Positions 62,042 to 64,000 of a stretch of DNA of 64,000 nt are shown here, in pieces. Position 1 is the stretch's first letter; each line of letters begins with the position of its first letter. The stretch is from contig CDMY01000581.1 in assembly GCA_001179505.1 (NCBI GenBank), forward strand, positions 248,001 to 312,000, read 5' to 3'. The notes under the pieces were generated by a model, which was not told where the DNA came from, did no database searches, and saw nothing but the letters and a program-made list of their open reading frames with translations. Origin of the DNA: Vitrella brassicaformis CCMP3155. Lineage: Eukaryota; Protista; Chromerida. The position numbers were made by a program, and so were the translations under genes.

Positions 62042-64000
62042 ATGCAAGGCGCCACGATTCATCGACTTCCTGTTTCGAGAACATTTCGTGCGGGACGGCC
62101 CGATGGCGCCCCAAAGGTGAACAACGTAATGCGAATGCAGCTGCATACCACATGCATTCACTCTTGTTGTATGTATGTGTCTGTCCATGATGCAGGCGAC
62201 GGTGCCTCTTCTCATCGGCTCCCCGACCACTTCCTCCCCTGCAGTGGCCAATCCAGCGTCCTCACGAGTCCCTACAACAGGCACAGACCAATCCACGCCC
62301 CTCATACCGAGCAAGACAAGCGCGGCGGCCATTATAGATGGGAATGATAGCCAGGAGCTGCAGCACAAGGTGCAGGCGAGCTATGCCGAGCCTCTTAAGG
62401 AGCCAGTTCAGCCGACGGAAGATGAGGAAGCCGCTCATCAGCAGCCAAGGGGGCGTGCGCTGTCCCATCCGTCATTCGTGCAAGATCCGTGTGCGTTCTG
62501 CTCCGACGATGGTGCGCCACCGGTCCCCCCTCCCCCTCCCGCCCCCCTCTCCCCTCCTCAGTCGTCATCTGTGGTCAACCAGCCGCGGGCTCCCGTGTTG
62601 ATCAGTGACGTGGAGCCTCTGCCGGTCGAGAAGGACATTGCAAATGTCTGCTCTTCCCTGCAGCGCCTGCTGGCACACATGAGCAGAGCGACCACACCAC
62701 CGAGGAGCCCTCCCGATGGGGCTCCGATGGCTCATCGCACGACGGCGAGTCCACCGCCCGACAGGAAGGGCAGTCCTGAGTCGTATAAGGGCAGAGAAAT
62801 GGTAACCAATTCACGTGAATGTTGCATTATGAGTCAAACGGTGTCCTGTTGGGTGCTGTTGGTTTGTTTCAGGAGAGGTGGGCTCGTCGGCAGGAGGATG
62901 AACAGAGGGAGCAGCGGGCACGGGAGAGGGCGAGCGGGGGGGCCACATACAGCGGATTCGCCGTCCTCTCACGCTCGGCTTCGCCGACGCCGTCACACAA
63001 GTACCGCAGCCCTCCACAGGGGGCCTGTGTTGGTGCTCGCGATGAGCACCAGCATCGGCAGCACGTGGTGCGGCGGAGCCGGCCCACGGTGCCGCGGCCC
63101 TTTCACTTGGCCACAGCCGATCGGTCGGTGGAGCGCAAGCAGGGGGGGGAGGCTGAGGGGGTGCGGAGCGTGCCTGTGGTGCTGTTGGATAAGGTTGAGT
63201 TTGTGGAGCCGGTGGCTCGCCCATCGCAGGGCGACTCGATAGACACGACCATGGTGAAGGCGCAGGTCGCGTCGTTGAAGAGGAGCCTTAAGCAGAAGAG
63301 TGTTGAGCTCAACAGGTACGCAGCTAAGAGGAAAGGGACGGGCGGTGGAGAGGGTTGGACATCTTGCTATCTGTGTATCTCGTCGCAGGCTCCAGGATCG
63401 GCTTGCAGCTGAGCGTGTTGCGTGGGAAGATGCACGCACAGAGCTCGCACAGGAACGCGACGACGCGCTCAAGTAAGGCAACGTCGGTCAGCTCTTGCCG
63501 CAATGTCATTGCGACTCGACTCGTTTCTCTCTGCAGGAGGGCCAACAAGTCGCGTGCCGCCCACAACACACAAGCGTCCAGGTACGTGGTATGGGACGCG
63601 ACACAGCAAGCAATCAAAGATGCGTTGTTTTTGCTTTGGTTCGAAGAATGCATGAGAAGGATGACAAACTCGCTAGAACGCTCAAAGAACTATGGTATTC
63701 AGTCAATGACAAGCGTGCCGTGGATTGTGTGGTCCATCCAATCGTTGTGGTGTATCTGTCAGGGAGAGCGAGCAGGCCAACACGGAGCTCAAACAGAAAC
63801 TAGCCGACATGACACGGCAGCTGCAAAGTAAACCAAACCAACAAACACAAGATTCTGCATCTACCTTTCTGTATGTGTCATCTCACCTGAATCCATACAG
63901 CTATCCAACATCAGCTGCAGTCGGCCAATGGTGCCGCTGCGCCGCCGCCCTCCGCTCACCCACCCGAACCACCCGCACCAGGTGACGACCTCGACGCCGA
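62042..64000 (+). CDS. 5' part of a spliced hypothetical protein with C-terminal coiled coil; runs off the window
   Basis: Pro/Ser-rich exons followed by heptad-rich exons (KAQVASLKRSLKQKSVELN; RMHEKDDKLARTLKEL; ESEQANTELKQKLADMTRQLQ) with GT-AG borders. Confidence 0.5.

Noticed and set aside
233-63985. Hundreds of 60-200 aa ORFs in the supplied track
   Set aside because: Mostly antisense shadows of GC-rich exons or translations of microsatellite introns ([12 protein letters not shown] repeats).
1-64000. CRISPR array, prokaryotic operon or defence island
   Set aside because: No repeat-spacer array. All genes, including SfsA, have spliceosomal introns; the repeats are simple microsatellites.

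Overview
Eukaryotic, intron-dense, GC-rich nuclear DNA. Introns are short GT-AG (about 70-170 nt) and full of CA/GT, GA, CATC and CAGA microsatellites. There are two 300-N scaffold gaps. Style and gene content (plastid-targeted rubredoxin, flagellar CFAP70, mitochondrial D-lactate dehydrogenase) suggest a chromerid alga such as Vitrella; this is inference. About 20 spliced protein genes and one tRNA-Arg(CCT) were reconstructed by hand. Recognisable genes: RPS14, RNR small subunit, CFAP70, a TPR protein, plastid rubredoxin, D-LDH, a prokaryote-type SfsA, a TauD/clavaminate-synthase-like dioxygenase, an EGF-TM-RING-H2 ligase, a 2OG-Fe(II) oxygenase and a TFIIH p62-like protein. The most striking object is an ~11 kb gene (35781-46872) that, on my splice model, puts Ubl/KHA-like, TPR, Regnase-type NYN RNase (natural D141N-equivalent), C4C4-like RING, VWA with an inserted RRM, E2 (UBC) and U-box domains on one polypeptide: a candidate self-contained RNA-sensing ubiquitylation machine. 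Also notable: a 30/32-nt partial copy of tRNA-Arg 2.8 kb away, so tRNA and fragment bracket the TPR gene; an intron-bearing SfsA head-to-head with D-LDH across a telomere-motif promoter; and pervasive divergent gene pairs. Multi-exon coordinates are start-to-stop spans from manual splice calls. No database searches were run.
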